Part shown: positions 61,601 through 64,000 of the stretch, piece after piece | Numbering within the stretch: the stretch's first letter is position 1 | How the letters are laid out: each line of letters opens with the position of its first letter | DNA from: Balanoglossus misakiensis | Lineage: Eukaryota; Animalia; Hemichordata | Reading direction: 5' to 3' | NCBI GenBank assembly: GCA_040954595.2 | Contig: CM082586.2 | Coordinates: 11,997,337-12,061,336, forward strand | DNA: 64,000 bases | Position numbers and translations under genes: made by a program | Notes under the pieces: model-generated | Seen by the model: only the letters and a program-made list of their open reading frames with translations | What the model was told of the DNA's origin: nothing | Databases searched by the model: none

Positions 61601-64000
61601 TTTCTTACATCATAAATGGAATTCAAAGAATGGTCACATAAGGGCCATGTTTTACTAAAAAGACTTATGTATAGTTTCAAGGCTTTGTTTTGGAATAACG
61701 AATTCTCTCCAAGATTTAAGTTGAACAGTTACAGAATGAAAACAAATATTCAAATAGTTATGCCAGAATGTTGTAAGGGATAGATTAATATTGCAAATAA
61801 TTTAATTTCTTACATCATAAATGGAATTCAAAGAATGGTCACATAACGGGCCATGTTTTACAAAAAGACTTTTGTATAGTTTCAAGGCTTTGTTTTGGAA
61901 TAACGAATTCTCTACAGGATTTAAGTGGAACAGTCACAGAATGAAAACAAATATGGAAAGAGTTATGCTGGAATGTTGTAAGGGATAGATTAATATTGCA
62001 AATAATTTAATTTCTTACATCATAAAATGAATTCAAAGAATGGTCACATAACAGGATATGTTTTACTAAAAAGACTTATGTAAAGTTACAAGGCTTTGTT
62101 TTGGAATAACGAATTCACTACAAGATTTAAGTGGAACAGTCACAGAATGAAAACAAATATGGAAAGAGTTATGCTGGAATGTTATAAGGGATAGATTAAT
62201 ATTGCAAATAAGTTAATTTCTTACATCATAAAATAAATTCAAAGAATGGTCACATAACAGGATATGTTTTACTAAAAAGACTTATGTTATAGTTTCAAGG
62301 CTTTGTTTTGGAATAAAGAATTCTCTCCAAGATTTAAGTTGAACAGTTACAGAATGAAAACAAATATTCAAATAGTTATGCCAGAATGTTGTAAGGGATA
62401 GATTAATATTGCAAATAATTTAATTTCTTACATCATAAATGGAATTCGAAGAAACGTCACGTAACAGGATATGTATAGTTTCAAGGCTTTGTTTTGGAAT
62501 AACGAATTCTCTACAAGATTTAAGTGGAACAGTCACAGAATGAAAACAAATATGGAAAGAGTTATGTCGGAATGTTGTAAGGGATAGATTAATATTGCAA
62601 ATAATTTAATTTCTTACATCATAAATGGAATTCAAAGAATGGTCACATAACGGGCCATGTTTTACAAAAAGACTTTTGTATAGTTTCAAGGCTTTGTTTT
62701 GGAATAACGAATTCTCTCCAAGATTTAAGTGGAACAGTCACAGAATGAAAACAAATATGGAAAGAGTTATGCTGGAATGTTATAAGGGATAGATTAATAT
62801 TGCAAATAATTTAATTTCTTACATCATAAAATAAATTCAAAGAATGGTCACATAACAGGATATGTTTTACTAAAAAGACTTATGTTATAGTTTGAAGGCT
62901 TTGTTTTGGAATAACGAATTCTCTACAAGATTTAAGTGGAACAGTCACAGAATGAAAACAAATATGGAAAGAGTTATGCCGGAATGTTGTAAGGAATAGA
63001 TTAATATTGCAAATAATTTAATTTCTTACATCATAAAATATATTCAAAGAATGGTCACATAACAGGATATGTTTTACTAAAAAGACTTATGTTATAGTTT
63101 CAAGGCTTTGTTTTGGAATAACGAATTCTCTCCAAGATTTAAGTTGAACAGTTACAGAATGAAAACAAATATTCAAATAGTTATGCCAGAATGTTGTAAG
63201 GGATAGATTAATATTGCAAATAATTTAATTTCTTACATCATAAATGGAATTCAAAGAAACGTCACGTAACAGGATATGTATAGTTTCAAGGCTTTGTTTT
63301 GGAATAACGAATTCTCTACAAGATTTAAGTGGAACAGTCACAGAATGAAAACAAATATGGAAAGAGTTATGTCGGAATGTTGTAAGGGATAGATTAATAT
63401 TGCAAATAATTTAATTTCTTACATCATAAATGGAATTCAAAGAATGGTCACATAAGGGCCATGTTTTACTAAAAAGACTTATGTATAGTTTCAAGGCTTT
63501 GTTTTGGAATAACGAATTCTCTCCAAGATTTAAGTTGAACAGTTACAGAATGAAAACAAATATTCAAATAGTTATGCCAGAATGTTGTAAGGGATAGATT
63601 AATATTGCAAATAATTTAATTTCTTACATCATAAATGGAATTCAAAGAATGGTCACATAACGGGCCATGTTTTACAAAAAGACTTTTGTATAGTTTCAAG
63701 GCTTTGTTTTGGAATAACGAATTCTCTACAGGATTTAAGTGGAACAGTCACAGAATGAAAACAAATATGGAAAGAGTTATGCTGGAATGTTGTAAGGGAT
63801 AGATTAATATTGCAAATAATTTAATTTCTTACATCATAAAATGAATTCAAAGAATGGTCACATAACAGGATATGTTTTACTAAAAAGACTTATGTAAAGT
63901 TACAAGGCTTTGTTTTGGAATAACGAATTCACTACAAGATTTAAGTGGAACAGTCACAGAATGAAAACAAATATGGAAAGAGTTATGCTGGAATGTTATA
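37621..64000. repeat. Satellite DNA array, right arm; same family, mostly 205-208-bp monomers with interspersed 186-bp monomers and kb-scale block duplications
   Basis: Same monomer and orientation as the left arm; 206-bp spacing (38109->38315). A marker variant ATGGAAACCAAAGAAGGG recurs at 48637, 51277, 53114 and 54743. Runs off the window end. Confidence 0.97.

Overview
Eukaryotic, AT-rich, repeat-dominated window, probably from an invertebrate animal (inference). A PIF/Harbinger-like non-autonomous element (171-1323) sits exactly at the left edge of a large satellite array of 186-bp and ~206-bp monomers (1324-13399 and 37621-64000). The array is cleanly interrupted by a 24.2-kb insertion (13400-37620) that is a three-level nest of related Helentron/Helitron2-type rolling-circle elements. 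The outer (A, ~1.27 kb) and middle (B, ~1.73 kb) elements are non-autonomous. The inner element (C, 16290-37511, ~21.2 kb) carries an intact 2433-aa OTU + Zn-finger + HUH Rep + Pif1 helicase + APE-like endonuclease ORF. Both nested insertions lie at the same homologous nucleotide, 18 nt inside the host element's terminal hairpin. This leaves three left termini spread over 3 kb and three stacked right-end hairpins within ~140 bp, suggesting site-specific self-targeting. Element C also has long direct subterminal repeats rich in DR1- and YY1-like motifs, a likely spliced 5' leader whose intron holds a 205-bp tandem array, and a GC-rich four-way-junction structure just downstream of the ORF.
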